In this document: positions 1 to 9,078 of the stretch, one piece after another
Position numbering within the stretch: the stretch's first letter is position 1
How the letters are laid out: every line of letters begins with the position of its first letter
Source: Candidatus Nanoarchaeia archaeon
GTDB lineage: Archaea > Nanobdellota > Nanobdellia > Woesearchaeales > DATDTY01
Direction: 5' to 3'
DNA length: 55,221 bases
Assembly: GCA_035290625.1 (NCBI GenBank)
Contig: DATDTY010000043.1
Span: 1 to 55,221, forward strand
Program-made: the position numbers and the translations under genes
The notes under the pieces: generated by a model
Seen by the model: the letters and a program-made list of their open reading frames with translations, nothing else
Told to the model about the DNA's origin: nothing
Databases searched by the model: none

Positions 1-1038
1 GAGATGGGGGTCCCCTGCATTGTTGGAACAACGAATGCAACAAGTGTGTTGAAAGATGGGCAGATCATCACAGTTGCAGCTTCCCATGGCGTTGTGTTTG
101 AAGGAAAGGTGGGGCATGAGACCTCTCGGGAGATCCACGCATTCAAAGCGAGCAGGCTACGGACAAAGACGCAGGTCAAGGTAATTGCCGATCTGCCAGA
201 ATATGCAGAGAGGGCTGCAACAACAGGAGCAGACGGAGTAGGGCTCTGCAGGCTGGAGTTTATGATTGCTGACAATGGGGTGCATCCGGCATGGTATATA
301 AGAGAAGGGAAGGAGGAAGAGTATACTGCAATGCTTGTTGAGAGCCTTTCAAAGATTGCTGGAGCCTTTGAAGGAAAGCCTGTTTGGGTCAGAACTTCTG
401 ATATACGGACTGATGAGTACAGGAACCTTAAGGGAGCTGACCGGGAGCCGAAAGAAAGCAATCCGATGATAGGGTGGCATGCAATACGGAGAGGATTGGA
501 TGAGCCGAAGATTTTGAAGGCCGAGTTTCAGGCAGTCAAGGAACTGCATAAACGAGGATTTACGAATGTCGGGGTGATGATCCCTTTTGTGATACGGGCT
601 TCTGAGGTTGCTGCTGCAAAGGAGATCATGAGGGAGATCGGGATGGAGCCCCTTGAGGATGTTGAGTTTGGAGTTATGGTTGAGACGCCTGCAGCATGCT
701 GGATTATTGATGAACTGTGCAGGGAGGGGATCAGTTTTGTTTCGTTTGGTACCAATGACCTGACGCAGCTTACGTTAGGTATTGACCGCAATAACGAGAA
801 GATCGCAAAGCTGTTTGATGAGATGCATCCTGCTGTGCTTGGAGAGATCGAGATGGTGCTTTCTGTTGCAAAGAAATACGGAGTCCAGACTTCTATCTGC
901 GGCCAGGCTGGAAGCAAGCCCGAAATGGCAAGATTTTTGGTGAAGCGAGGCTGCACGTCAATCTCTGCAAACCCTGATGCTGTTGCGAAGATCAGGGAGA
1001 CGGTTGCAAAGGTTGAGAAGGAGTTAGGAGTGAAGTAA
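1..1038 (+). CDS. ppsA: phosphoenolpyruvate synthase / PEP-utilising enzyme, C-terminal part (5' end outside window)
   Basis: Frame open from base 1. End of the mobile His domain (GVPCIVGT), then PEP-utiliser TIM-barrel motifs (GVGLCRLEF, FVSFGTNDLTQ, ICGQA). Confidence 0.8.
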   Translation, partial: EMGVPCIVGTTNATSVLKDGQIITVAASHGVVFEGKVGHETSREIHAFKASRLRTKTQVKVIADLPEYAERAATTGADGVGLCRLEFMIADNGVHPAWYIREGKEEEYTAMLVESLSKIAGAFEGKPVWVRTSDIRTDEYRNLKGADREPKESNPMIGWHAIRRGLDEPKILKAEFQAVKELHKRGFTNVGVMIPFVIRASEVAAAKEIMREIGMEPLEDVEFGVMVETPAACWIIDELCREGISFVSFGTNDLTQLTLGIDRNNEKIAKLFDEMHPAVLGEIEMVLSVAKKYGVQTSICGQAGSKPEMARFLVKRGCTSISANPDAVAKIRETVAKVEKELGVK

Positions 1039-1317
1039 TTATTTGGTTGACTTCTTATTATGCTCTTTGAAATCATTAGCCAGACTTTTGAATTGAGTTT
1101 TAAGATGATTGTGATCCGATTTAAGCTGTGCAAGCATGATTCCTATCGTAAATGTGGCCCCAATATTAAATATTAACAGGCTTAGGATGATATCCTCTGT
1201 ACTCCAAGATCCTCCACTAAGCTTAATCAGAATTTGGATAATGATAAATATCCCGAATAGGATTAATAGTGCTTCAATTAGCTTTTCGATTGCTCCGGGT
1301 ATTGTAATTTTAAGCAC
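1039..1317 (-). CDS. small hydrophobic membrane protein (hypothetical)
   Basis: 92-aa ORF with two long hydrophobic stretches. GTG start. No recognisable family. Confidence 0.35.
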   Translation of the reverse strand: MLKITIPGAIEKLIEALLILFGIFIIIQILIKLSGGSWSTEDIILSLLIFNIGATFTIGIMLAQLKSDHNHLKTQFKSLANDFKEHNKKSTK

Positions 1318-1439
1318 CTAGCCGTTTCATAACCAGCCATATAACCAGGACAATGAGGACGATGAGCATGACCCATAATAGTGGGGTCAATCCTTTCTTG
1401 TTCATGATGGCTGTTGGGTATAATAGGAGCTTATATAGT

Positions 1440-2432
1440 TTACTCTTTTTGTTTAACAACCACAATCCTCCTTGTCAGGCTCTTATGGATATACATTGAG
1501 AACTCGTTTTCTATCTTTAATTTCGCATCTTTTATTAATTTTCTATAATTGAGATTATGCGGGAATATAATTACTGCTTTTTTCTGCAGGTTTCCTTTAA
1601 GAACTTTCAAGAACTCTTTATAAAAATTATTTTTTATCTTCTTGGTGTTCATTCCATACGGCAAATCTGTCACCACATAATCCACTGAGGTGTTCCATTT
1701 CAACGAGTCTCTGTTCTCCAGATTTATGTTCTTTATTTTTAGAAAATCGATATTCTTTTTGCATTTCTTCAATATTTCCCTGTCGATATCATAGCCTATT
1801 GGCTTCAATCCCATCAATGACGCCTCTATCAAGATCCCGCCAGTTCCGCAGAAGGGGTCGAGAAGAGTTCCTTTCTCTATGCCTGTGAGGTTTATTGCAG
1901 CTGCGGCCAGCTTCGGGCTCATCGCTATGGGCAATAGACCGGGGAGCTTGTTGGCTTTTCTTTCCTCAAAACTGTGCTTCGGGATTGTTTTGAGAATAGC
2001 TGCGTATGCCTTTTTTCCGAAGAAGAAGGTGAATTGCGTTTTTGGGTTTGAGAGATTGACTTTTGGGTTTTTGATTTTTTTGAGGACAAGAGGAGCGATT
2101 TCCTCGAGCTTTAGATGCGATTTTCCTTTGAGCCTTACAGCGCAGTTTTGCCTGTAGGCTTTGTTCCAATTGTATTTTTTTATTTTTTCCGGCAATGAGG
2201 GTATGCTGCATTCAAAGAGAAGCGTGTAGGCTTTTCTTGTAAAGGCAAGCCGTTTTATTAGTTTTTTGATTTTGATTGCTTCATTATTACCTTTTTTTTC
2301 ATTGATTTTTTTATTTTTTATTATTAAAAAATTATTATCTAATTTCCAATCTGGTTTTTTTATTTTTAAGAGCGCTATTGCTTCTGCCGCGGCTAATCTG
2401 ATATTCTCCTTTGAGAGCTCTAGAACAATCAT
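1440..2432 (-). CDS. THUMP-domain tRNA (guanine-N2) methyltransferase (Trm11/Trm14-like)
   Basis: SAM motif I DPFCGTGGILIEA and catalytic DLPYG after an N-terminal THUMP-sized domain. Confidence 0.7.
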   Translation of the reverse strand: MIVLELSKENIRLAAAEAIALLKIKKPDWKLDNNFLIIKNKKINEKKGNNEAIKIKKLIKRLAFTRKAYTLLFECSIPSLPEKIKKYNWNKAYRQNCAVRLKGKSHLKLEEIAPLVLKKIKNPKVNLSNPKTQFTFFFGKKAYAAILKTIPKHSFEERKANKLPGLLPIAMSPKLAAAAINLTGIEKGTLLDPFCGTGGILIEASLMGLKPIGYDIDREILKKCKKNIDFLKIKNINLENRDSLKWNTSVDYVVTDLPYGMNTKKIKNNFYKEFLKVLKGNLQKKAVIIFPHNLNYRKLIKDAKLKIENEFSMYIHKSLTRRIVVVKQKE

Positions 2433-2441
2433 AGAAGTTAT

Positions 2442-3020
2442 TTATTTCAGCTTTTTATTAAGCTTCTTGTAGGAAATCCAGATGATGATGAGGAGCTCGA
2501 TCAGGAGGATAATCGGCCTTGCGATCCTTGCCATGTCTGAATAATAACGGGCTGTGCCAATGAAGACTGAGATGATGCCGCCAAGCATGAAGCCTGTGCC
2601 GACCCATTCATTGAGGCGGTTTGCTTCTGTGGGAAGATAGACGCCAAGGAAGATTGCAATAAGGCCGAAGATGCTTGAGACGATAAATACGACCAGATTG
2701 TACTGCTTGTTTGCCTCATTGAGATTTTTCTGGCAGAAGTTGCAGCTGTATTCTGTTGGGCAGCTGTATTCGTCATAGTGGTAATCAGGGTAGCCTTCCT
2801 GAGCAGAGCAGGATTCTAATTCTTCATCAGTGGGAGCGTTGTATGGCTGGCAGCTTTCCCTTGTTCCGGTCTTTTCTGAAGTTAGAACCGGGCGCACAAA
2901 CTTCTCTTTGCAGAAGTCTTCATATCTGGGCTGGGGATAGATCGCTTCAATGGTCGCCTGGACTAATACTCCGAAGAGGATTGCGATGACGAGGATGATG
3001 GCGATCTTGCGAATGTCCAT
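2442..3020 (-). CDS. membrane protein with Cys-rich extracytoplasmic domain (hypothetical)
   Basis: N-terminal TM, Cys-rich middle (CKEKF, CQPY, CSAQ, CPTEYSCNFC), three C-terminal TM segments. TTTTTAAA box about 30 nt upstream. Confidence 0.5.
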   Translation of the reverse strand: MDIRKIAIILVIAILFGVLVQATIEAIYPQPRYEDFCKEKFVRPVLTSEKTGTRESCQPYNAPTDEELESCSAQEGYPDYHYDEYSCPTEYSCNFCQKNLNEANKQYNLVVFIVSSIFGLIAIFLGVYLPTEANRLNEWVGTGFMLGGIISVFIGTARYYSDMARIARPIILLIELLIIIWISYKKLNKKLK

Positions 3021-3273
3021 ATCCAGCCAAAAGGCAGGGGGGTTTAAAAACTTATTGTTGCAGACTTTGAGACTGATGAATCAGTTTTCTTCGACTTCGC
3101 ATGGTTGTAATGCCGGAGAAGAAGACAAGATCTCGGTTTTGTATTAAAATAGGCTATTAAACGTACTTTTATTAGGTTTAATGGTTGTTTCAATAAATCT
3201 GGAGTTCAATAAATCAGAGTGGACAATTTCTAAACGCAAAGTATTTAAAGAAGAATGTCAAAAGCAATAGAGG

Positions 3274-3858
3274 ATGACAGATTCCGAAGATAACGAAAAC
3301 CGCACTAATCCCCGAATTTTCAATAAGATTGAAATAATTCCACTAATTGTTGGATTAATTATTATATTCTTTGTAGGATATATTGTTAAACTCTTATTGC
3401 CTCCACAATATCAAATATTTTTCTATATCTTTGTTGGCTTAATAATTGTGAGTATTGGTGTAATAGTATACTTCAGTATTAAAAATCAAGAATTTCGAGA
3501 AAAGACTATTTCTGTCATTAAAAAATTGTTAGCAGAGATTAATAAATTAGGTATTAATTTTCTAAAAAATATTGGAGAAAGAGGAAGAGCGAAGAAGAAA
3601 GAGCGACTTCCTATACCTGATGACTTGAAAAATAAGGTATATGATATCGCAAGTGGTAAATGTCAAGAATGCGGAAAAAAAGGGAATCTTAAGATACATC
3701 ATATTGACGGAAACCCCTCAAATAATAGGATTACCAATTTGGTTCTCTTATGTGGAAATCATCATGATGATGCTGATAAAGGGGTAATACCTAAATGGAG
3801 GCTTAAAAATATTAGAGATAAACAAGCAACTCCCGACCACACTTCTTACTCAAAATAG
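3274..3858 (+). CDS. membrane-anchored HNH endonuclease-domain protein
   Basis: Two N-terminal TM helices. C-terminal CQECG...HHIDGNPSNNRITNLVLLCGNHH is an HNH motif. Confidence 0.7.
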   Translation: MTDSEDNENRTNPRIFNKIEIIPLIVGLIIIFFVGYIVKLLLPPQYQIFFYIFVGLIIVSIGVIVYFSIKNQEFREKTISVIKKLLAEINKLGINFLKNIGERGRAKKKERLPIPDDLKNKVYDIASGKCQECGKKGNLKIHHIDGNPSNNRITNLVLLCGNHHDDADKGVIPKWRLKNIRDKQATPDHTSYSK

Positions 3859-4027
3859 AAATTGCCCCTCGATTCTTTGACTTTATGTATCACTTCGTTC
3901 TTTTGATAGTCAAACTCCAGATTTACTCTGCGGTCGCAGGTCGCCAGAACTCCACTTCGTTCGTAACTGGCGACGAAAGTGGCCTCCTCCACCGCCCTAA
4001 AGGGCAGGGGGTTTAGACTCTAGTTCG

Positions 4028-4414
4028 CTACGCTCGCTCTAAAAATTCTTTCTGTAATTTGTCTGTGAGATAAAAATAGCAGATCATTGCATCAAATGTT
4101 ACTGCATGAATAGAAAGATCTGACTTTATCTTTATTCCCGCATTTTCCAAGAGTGCTCTCGCCATGTAAAACATGCTGTAATAACTGGCATTGACTACCC
4201 AGAGCAAGCCATTGAAGCTAGTAAAACCAAGTGATTCTTGTTTTTTAGGGTTGGTTGACAACTCAAATAATGCTTTTGCAGAATCAATTGAATCGTCAGC
4301 GTTCTTGATGAAAAAGTCTACATGTGCTGGCTTTCCTTTTGATTTTATTACGCCATCACTGATAAATTGCTTAACCCTGTTTTCTGCTTCTTTTAACTTT
4401 CTTTCATCCAACAT
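4028..4414 (-). CDS. HEPN-domain protein (toxin-like partner of the MNT gene)
   Basis: SYYSMFYMARALLENAGIKIKSDLSIH resembles the HEPN core. Start codon abuts the stop of the upstream nucleotidyltransferase gene. Confidence 0.6.
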   Translation of the reverse strand: MLDERKLKEAENRVKQFISDGVIKSKGKPAHVDFFIKNADDSIDSAKALFELSTNPKKQESLGFTSFNGLLWVVNASYYSMFYMARALLENAGIKIKSDLSIHAVTFDAMICYFYLTDKLQKEFLERA

Positions 4415-5014
4415 TTATGACCGCCCCCTCTGGATTAGTCTATAAAACAGTTCTGCACCATATAAGATTATGTGCTTGTTTAATATCTCATTCATAACAT
4501 TTTTTTCATCACGCTTGGAAAGCATTTCGTAAACACTTTCAAAGCCTATAACCCTTTCCTCAAAAGGTAAGCCATAATTTGATGCAATGTTGTGGAGGAA
4601 CTTCTCATGGAACTCAACTTTATCTGTACTGTCCACTATCAATAGGATATCTACATCTCTTGGTTTATTGGAATCCACTGCTGAACCGAACATAAGCAAA
4701 ACAAAACTATCTTGTTTGATTTTAGTGAGAACCTCTTCTACAAAAAGTTTAATATCCTTGAATTTACTCAGTAAGATATCTCTCCTTAAGTACTCAGCAA
4801 AAACAAGGGTTTCATGATGGATTTTATAATTTAGACTAAGATTTTTATGCTTATCTTGCTCAATAAGTTTAGCATCTATTAATGGATGTATTGCGCGATG
4901 TGTAAGGGATACATGCATTTTTAGTCTTCTTGCTACTTCTCTAAGAGTGAATGATTCGGTTATACGACCAGTAAATAATTGCAGTACTTTAACCGTAGAC
5001 TTATTAATGTACAT
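4415..5014 (-). CDS. minimal nucleotidyltransferase (MNT) with N-terminal wHTH
   Basis: GSAVDSNKPRDVDILLIV is the GS-x-DxD polymerase-beta NTase motif. ATG at 5014 preferred over the track's GTG at 5023 because AGGTGA lies 5 nt upstream. Confidence 0.7.
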   Translation of the reverse strand: MYINKSTVKVLQLFTGRITESFTLREVARRLKMHVSLTHRAIHPLIDAKLIEQDKHKNLSLNYKIHHETLVFAEYLRRDILLSKFKDIKLFVEEVLTKIKQDSFVLLMFGSAVDSNKPRDVDILLIVDSTDKVEFHEKFLHNIASNYGLPFEERVIGFESVYEMLSKRDEKNVMNEILNKHIILYGAELFYRLIQRGRS

Positions 5015-5030
5015 ACTGTTCACCTTTATA

Positions 5031-5044
5031 TGAACAAGTGTTCA
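5031..5044. promoter_or_regulatory. perfect palindrome TGAACAagTGTTCA between the TATA box and the MNT start; candidate operator
   Basis: Seen directly. A third GTGAACA half-site overlaps the SD/start region (5016-5024). Confidence 0.5.
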
Positions 5045-5052
5045 CTTAAAAG

Positions 5053-5060
5053 TATATAAA
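5053..5060 (-). promoter_or_regulatory. TATA box (TTTATATA on minus strand) for the MNT-HEPN operon
   Basis: Sequence match to the archaeal TATA consensus, about 40 nt upstream of ATG 5014. Confidence 0.5.
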
Positions 5061-5108
5061 TGTTTCGGTTTCACGAGGTTTTCTCGCCTATGGGCGTTGA
5101 ACAAAGGG

Positions 5109-5894
5109 TCACTCATACCTCGCCAGCAAACCCTGCTTACGGGCATTCCTGATGCTCCTTCCTAAGAAGATGCTGACAAGGACAAGAAGGACAAGACTCG
5201 CAACAAAAGAATAGATAATCCCGTTCCAGTGGATTGGAGTGTTGTTTAAGACTGCACGCATGGCCTCAAAGACATAGGTTGTTGGAAGAATGACGGCAAC
5301 ATTCTGCGCCCAGGGAGGCAAGGCGGAAACAGGATAGAACACTGCAGAGAAGGGCTGAAGTATCCAGACAACCGACCATGCAAAGACCTGGATTCTGGAG
5401 CCGTACTTGAAGAGAAAGGAGGTTATAAACAATCCTACTGCATAGCCAAACAACATCAACAGGACAACAAACAGCGCAAAGTTCATGTATCCTATAGAGA
5501 CGATGCTGAAGGAATACAGAAGATAGGCCATGGCGATAAGGAACAGGAATGCCACAGCTGCGCGCGCTGTGCTGAAGATCACCAAAGCAAGGATCATTTC
5601 TGTGACGCGCAATGGAGAGCTGAAGAGGTTATAGAGGTTCCTGCTCCAGAAATCTTCCAGAACGAAGACCGTCACATCCTGTGCTGACCTCCAGAGGAAT
5701 ATCCAGATGATTGCCCCTCCAATGAAGACGCTGAGGACATTCACGTCTGCGAGCGCTTTAATGTAATAGCTGGCAAATCCCCACAGAAAAAGGTCTATCA
5801 TTGGCCAGTAGAAGATGTCAAAAATCCTGTCCAGGCTGTTCAGGGAGATATACCAGTACTTCATCAGCATGGCGTGGATCCTGTAGAGCTTCAC
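5109..5894 (-). CDS. ABC-2 type transporter permease
   Basis: Six hydrophobic segments. 4-nt overlap with the upstream ATPase gene. Confidence 0.7.
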   Translation of the reverse strand: MKLYRIHAMLMKYWYISLNSLDRIFDIFYWPMIDLFLWGFASYYIKALADVNVLSVFIGGAIIWIFLWRSAQDVTVFVLEDFWSRNLYNLFSSPLRVTEMILALVIFSTARAAVAFLFLIAMAYLLYSFSIVSIGYMNFALFVVLLMLFGYAVGLFITSFLFKYGSRIQVFAWSVVWILQPFSAVFYPVSALPPWAQNVAVILPTTYVFEAMRAVLNNTPIHWNGIIYSFVASLVLLVLVSIFLGRSIRNARKQGLLARYE

Positions 5895-6823
5895 TTTTCC
5901 CCTCTTGATATTTTTATGAACACATCATCAAGCGAAGGCCGCTTGATTTCCATATCCTTGAGCTTATAGCCGCGCTTGAAGAGCGAGTTCATGATCTTGT
6001 AGAGATCTTCTCCAGTTGCAGAGATGTCAAATACAACATGATGCGGCGCAGGAAAGATGACGTTGATGTTTCGCTCCCTGAAAAATGCTTCCAGCTTCTT
6101 GTCTGCCACAAGGAACTTCATTGAGACACGCTGCTGCTTGATCATTTGCTTGAGATTTGATGCTGTGTCAATCTTTATGATCGTGCCTTTGGACATGAAT
6201 GCTATCCTGCTGCAGAGCTCCTCAACCTCATACATGTAATGGGAGGTAAAGAGTATGCTTGCCCCTTTTTCTCTCTGGTAGTCTTTGATCATGGTGCGGG
6301 TGGTCTCTGCAATATCGGGGTCAAGACCAACAGTAGGCTCATCGAGAAGTATAAGCTCCGGATCATTGAGGAATCCCTTGCACAGGCCAAGCCGCGTCCT
6401 TTCTCCGGAACTTAGTGTGTTGGAAAGGCTATCCTTGAGGCTGAAGATCTTAAACCTCTTCAGCAGATCGTCAATCTTGTCCTGAGGATTCTTAAGGTTG
6501 TAGAGCTTTGCATAGACCTTGAGGTTTTGGTTGACAGTAAGGACATCTGACAAACCGAAATAGGCTGAAGCAACATTCATCCTGTTCTTTACGTATTCCC
6601 AGTCTTCTTCAGGCTGCTTCCCTAAAATCCGGATTGATCCTGAATCCTTTTCCACAACTCCTGAGATCATGTTGATTGTTGTGGATTTTCCAGCCCCATT
6701 TGGGCCAAGAAGACCGAAGATTTCGCCCTTCTTTATGGAGAAGGATATTCCTTTGACTGCGTCTGTCCTGCGGCCTTTGCTGAAATAGGACTTCTGGAGG
6801 TTGGAGATTTCAAGGGCGTTCAT
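5891..6823 (-). CDS. ABC transporter ATP-binding protein
   Basis: Walker A GPNGAGKST, signature LSSGERTR, Walker B LILLDEPTVGLD. Confidence 0.85.
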   Translation of the reverse strand: MNALEISNLQKSYFSKGRRTDAVKGISFSIKKGEIFGLLGPNGAGKSTTINMISGVVEKDSGSIRILGKQPEEDWEYVKNRMNVASAYFGLSDVLTVNQNLKVYAKLYNLKNPQDKIDDLLKRFKIFSLKDSLSNTLSSGERTRLGLCKGFLNDPELILLDEPTVGLDPDIAETTRTMIKDYQREKGASILFTSHYMYEVEELCSRIAFMSKGTIIKIDTASNLKQMIKQQRVSMKFLVADKKLEAFFRERNINVIFPAPHHVVFDISATGEDLYKIMNSLFKRGYKLKDMEIKRPSLDDVFIKISRGEK

Positions 6824-6850
6824 GTCTGAAGAACTGTCGGTAGAGAAAGA

Positions 6851-6858
6851 TTTATATA
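6851..6858 (+). promoter_or_regulatory. TATA box TTTATATA upstream of the PadR-like gene
   Basis: 16 nt before ATG 6874, in a 50-nt divergent gap shared with the ABC operon. Confidence 0.45.
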
Positions 6859-6873
6859 GGTTTTCTTTTCAAT

Positions 6874-7194
6874 ATGGAAAATATGAAGAGGGGGAGACCT
6901 GTCAAGAGCCCTATCCGGCAGAACATTATCGAGCTTCTGTTCTTTATGAAGAAAGGGTATGGGTATGGCATCTATAGGAATTACAAAACGCTTTTTCCTG
7001 CTGTGACTATGAGGAGCATCTATTATCACCTGAAGAAGGGCCAGGAGACAGGAGAGTTCAAGATCCATAAGATTGAAAGGGAGAGAGGAGACTATTCCTG
7101 GGGTGTTGAGGCTGAGAAGATTTGGTACGAGCTTGGAGATGCTGCTTTTCCGATGGGAAATGAGAAGGTTAAGGAGATGTTTGAGAAGAGATGA
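6874..7194 (+). CDS. PadR-like winged-helix transcriptional regulator
   Basis: GYGYGIYRNY...MRSIYYHLKKGQETGEF resembles the PadR wHTH. Divergent from the ABC exporter. Confidence 0.5.
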   Translation: MENMKRGRPVKSPIRQNIIELLFFMKKGYGYGIYRNYKTLFPAVTMRSIYYHLKKGQETGEFKIHKIERERGDYSWGVEAEKIWYELGDAAFPMGNEKVKEMFEKR

Positions 7195-7316
7195 ATGATG
7201 CGGATAACCTATTGGGCCAGGGTTATATGACCGAGACGAAGCCGAGGCAATGAACCCTTGGGGGTTTCTGCAGAGTCGTTGACGAAGGGTGCTCTAAAGT
7301 TTAGGATCTCTATGCA

Positions 7317-7895
7317 CTATATCTTGCCTATTAAATCCAAGCTGGGCTTAAGAGTTTTTTCTCCAGGTTTCCAGCTTGCCGGGCAAACTTCTCCTTTGTG
7401 TTCTTTAACGAATATGGCCGCCTGAAGTTTACGCAAGAGTTCCTTTGCGCTTCTGCCGATACTGTTGTCATGTATTTCATACGCTTTCAGCACAGATTCA
7501 GGATCAATAATGAAACTGCCGCGCAGGGAAAGCCCTTCTTCTTCAATATATGTGCCAAATTCTCTACATAATTTTCCAGTTGGGTCAGCTACCATTGGAA
7601 ATCTGATTTTTTTGATAGCTGGAGAATGATCATGCCAGGCCTTATGAACAAAAACAGTATCTGTGCTTACGCTTAAAACTTCAGCCCCTAATTTCTTGAA
7701 TTCCTCATAATAATCAGCAGCTTCCTCTAATTCTGTAGGGCAGATAAAGGTAAAGTCAGCTGGATAAAATATCACGATTAGCCATTGACCTTTATAGTCG
7801 GAAAGTTTAAGTTTTTTTATTTCCTCCTTTTGGAATGCTTCCAATTCAAAATTTGCAATTTCAAGATCTGAAATTTTCTGATTAATCCTTATCAT
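7317..7895 (-). CDS. peroxiredoxin (AhpC/TSA family)
   Basis: PADFTFICPTE peroxidatic-Cys motif and a C-terminal EVCPASW resolving Cys. Confidence 0.85.
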   Translation of the reverse strand: MIRINQKISDLEIANFELEAFQKEEIKKLKLSDYKGQWLIVIFYPADFTFICPTELEEAADYYEEFKKLGAEVLSVSTDTVFVHKAWHDHSPAIKKIRFPMVADPTGKLCREFGTYIEEEGLSLRGSFIIDPESVLKAYEIHDNSIGRSAKELLRKLQAAIFVKEHKGEVCPASWKPGEKTLKPSLDLIGKI

Positions 7896-8020
7896 AATTT
7901 TTTACCCCCAATTATTCAGTTGATATACACGACCTTTTTATATTTTATCATTTTGGCGCCAGAAGTCAACGATTTCATATAACACCGCGCGCCGATATGT
8001 TCTCTCTAGACAGAGAAACT

Positions 8021-8395
8021 CTACCTCAAATCTGCAGCTGCATAGAGGATATTTAATTCAGGATCATATGCGAAACCTATTCCTATGGTAGAGTGGCGTT
8101 CAAGGAGATCATGATGCTTAGGCGAATCTCTCCAGCCCTTAGCTATCTTACAGAGGGCTGCCTCATCATACTCGTGTAGTGGATCATCTATGCTCACAGC
8201 TGCTATCACTTCTGCCAGTGTGGCGGACTCCAATTGGAAAAAATGGTGAAGTTCTCCATTCCTCATCATCGCTATGCTTTCCTGTGTTGCTGCATGAGCA
8301 AGGGCCAGGTCATACTCAAAGTATTTGCTGAACTCAACCTGGAGAAGATGCTGGAGCCTGGGACATAAGCTGTCAAGCCAGGGGATGATGTCCAT
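8021..8395 (-). CDS. hypothetical protein, weak CAP/SCP-like C-terminal motif
   Basis: GWRDSPKHHDLLERHSTIGIGFAY resembles the CAP-domain signature. No signal peptide. Confidence 0.3.
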   Translation of the reverse strand: MDIIPWLDSLCPRLQHLLQVEFSKYFEYDLALAHAATQESIAMMRNGELHHFFQLESATLAEVIAAVSIDDPLHEYDEAALCKIAKGWRDSPKHHDLLERHSTIGIGFAYDPELNILYAAADLR

Positions 8396-8437
8396 TACGC
8401 AGTTCAGAGGCAGTGTTGTTTAAAAGTTTTTGCACTG

Positions 8438-9070
8438 CTATTCCACCTTGCAGGAATGCACCCAGTCCATCTGGTACAGGATATTTGGCAGCTTGTTGAT
8501 GTCGTTCTTTTTGCTCTGGATAAGATAGGTAAAGATCATCACCGGAGTCTCTTTTTCAATCTCCACTGACATAACCTTGTATTTGTTGAGGTTCTGGGCC
8601 AGGAGATTCTTTAGCTCTTTCTGGGGGATCAATCGGTTTGTTTTTATGACCAGTTTCCTTTGGTAGCTGCCAATCCCCTTTTTCTCGAGGTAGGTGTCTA
8701 CCAAGATGACAAGCCAGATCAGCCCGTACATGACACCCGCCATCCAGAACTCTCCTAATCCTATGAGGAGGCCAAGGATGGAAAATGCCCATATGCTGGT
8801 TGCGGTTGTGAAGCCGTGCGTCCTGTCTCCGGACTTGATTAACGCTCCTGCGCCAAGAAAGCCGATTCCTGTCACGACGCTCCCCAATATCGATAAGGGG
8901 GTTTCAGTTCCAAGCTCAACAGAAACGATTGCAAGGCCTGTGGCGCCGATAGTCACAAAGACGAATGTCCCAAAACCAACAGGCTTATGGGATCTCTGGC
9001 GCTCAAGGCCAAAGACTACTGCAAAAATGAACGCAACGATAAACCGGAGAGCAATTTGTGTAGGGTCCAT
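8438..9070 (-). CDS. MgtC/SapB family membrane protein
   Basis: RFIVAFIFAVVFGLERQ...GFGTF...GIGFLGAG is the characteristic MgtC N-terminal domain, followed by a soluble C-terminal domain. Confidence 0.75.
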   Translation of the reverse strand: MDPTQIALRFIVAFIFAVVFGLERQRSHKPVGFGTFVFVTIGATGLAIVSVELGTETPLSILGSVVTGIGFLGAGALIKSGDRTHGFTTATSIWAFSILGLLIGLGEFWMAGVMYGLIWLVILVDTYLEKKGIGSYQRKLVIKTNRLIPQKELKNLLAQNLNKYKVMSVEIEKETPVMIFTYLIQSKKNDINKLPNILYQMDWVHSCKVE

Positions 9071-9078
9071 AACACACC

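Noticed and set aside
528-1133. Long antisense ORFs opposite well-supported genes (for example 528-1133, 10094-10858, 12552-13121, 8694-9218, 20027-20506, 32579-33088, 49846-50646, 51217-51552).
   Set aside because: Each lies entirely within a gene with strong family motifs on the other strand, and their translations are low-complexity. They are typical shadow ORFs.
3930-3995. Possible tRNA, suggested by terminal GCGGT/ACCGC pairing.
   Set aside because: It is only about 66 nt, with no T-loop (GTTCRANYC), no D-arm consensus and no cloverleaf. No tRNA was found anywhere in the window.
7195-7316. Possible degenerate ninth copy of the structured element (AACCCTTGGGGGTT hairpin, GCCTCGG box on the minus strand).
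   Set aside because: It has no TIRs, no flanking direct repeat and only loose resemblance. The region is a convergent gene gap, so simple terminator hairpins are the more economical explanation.
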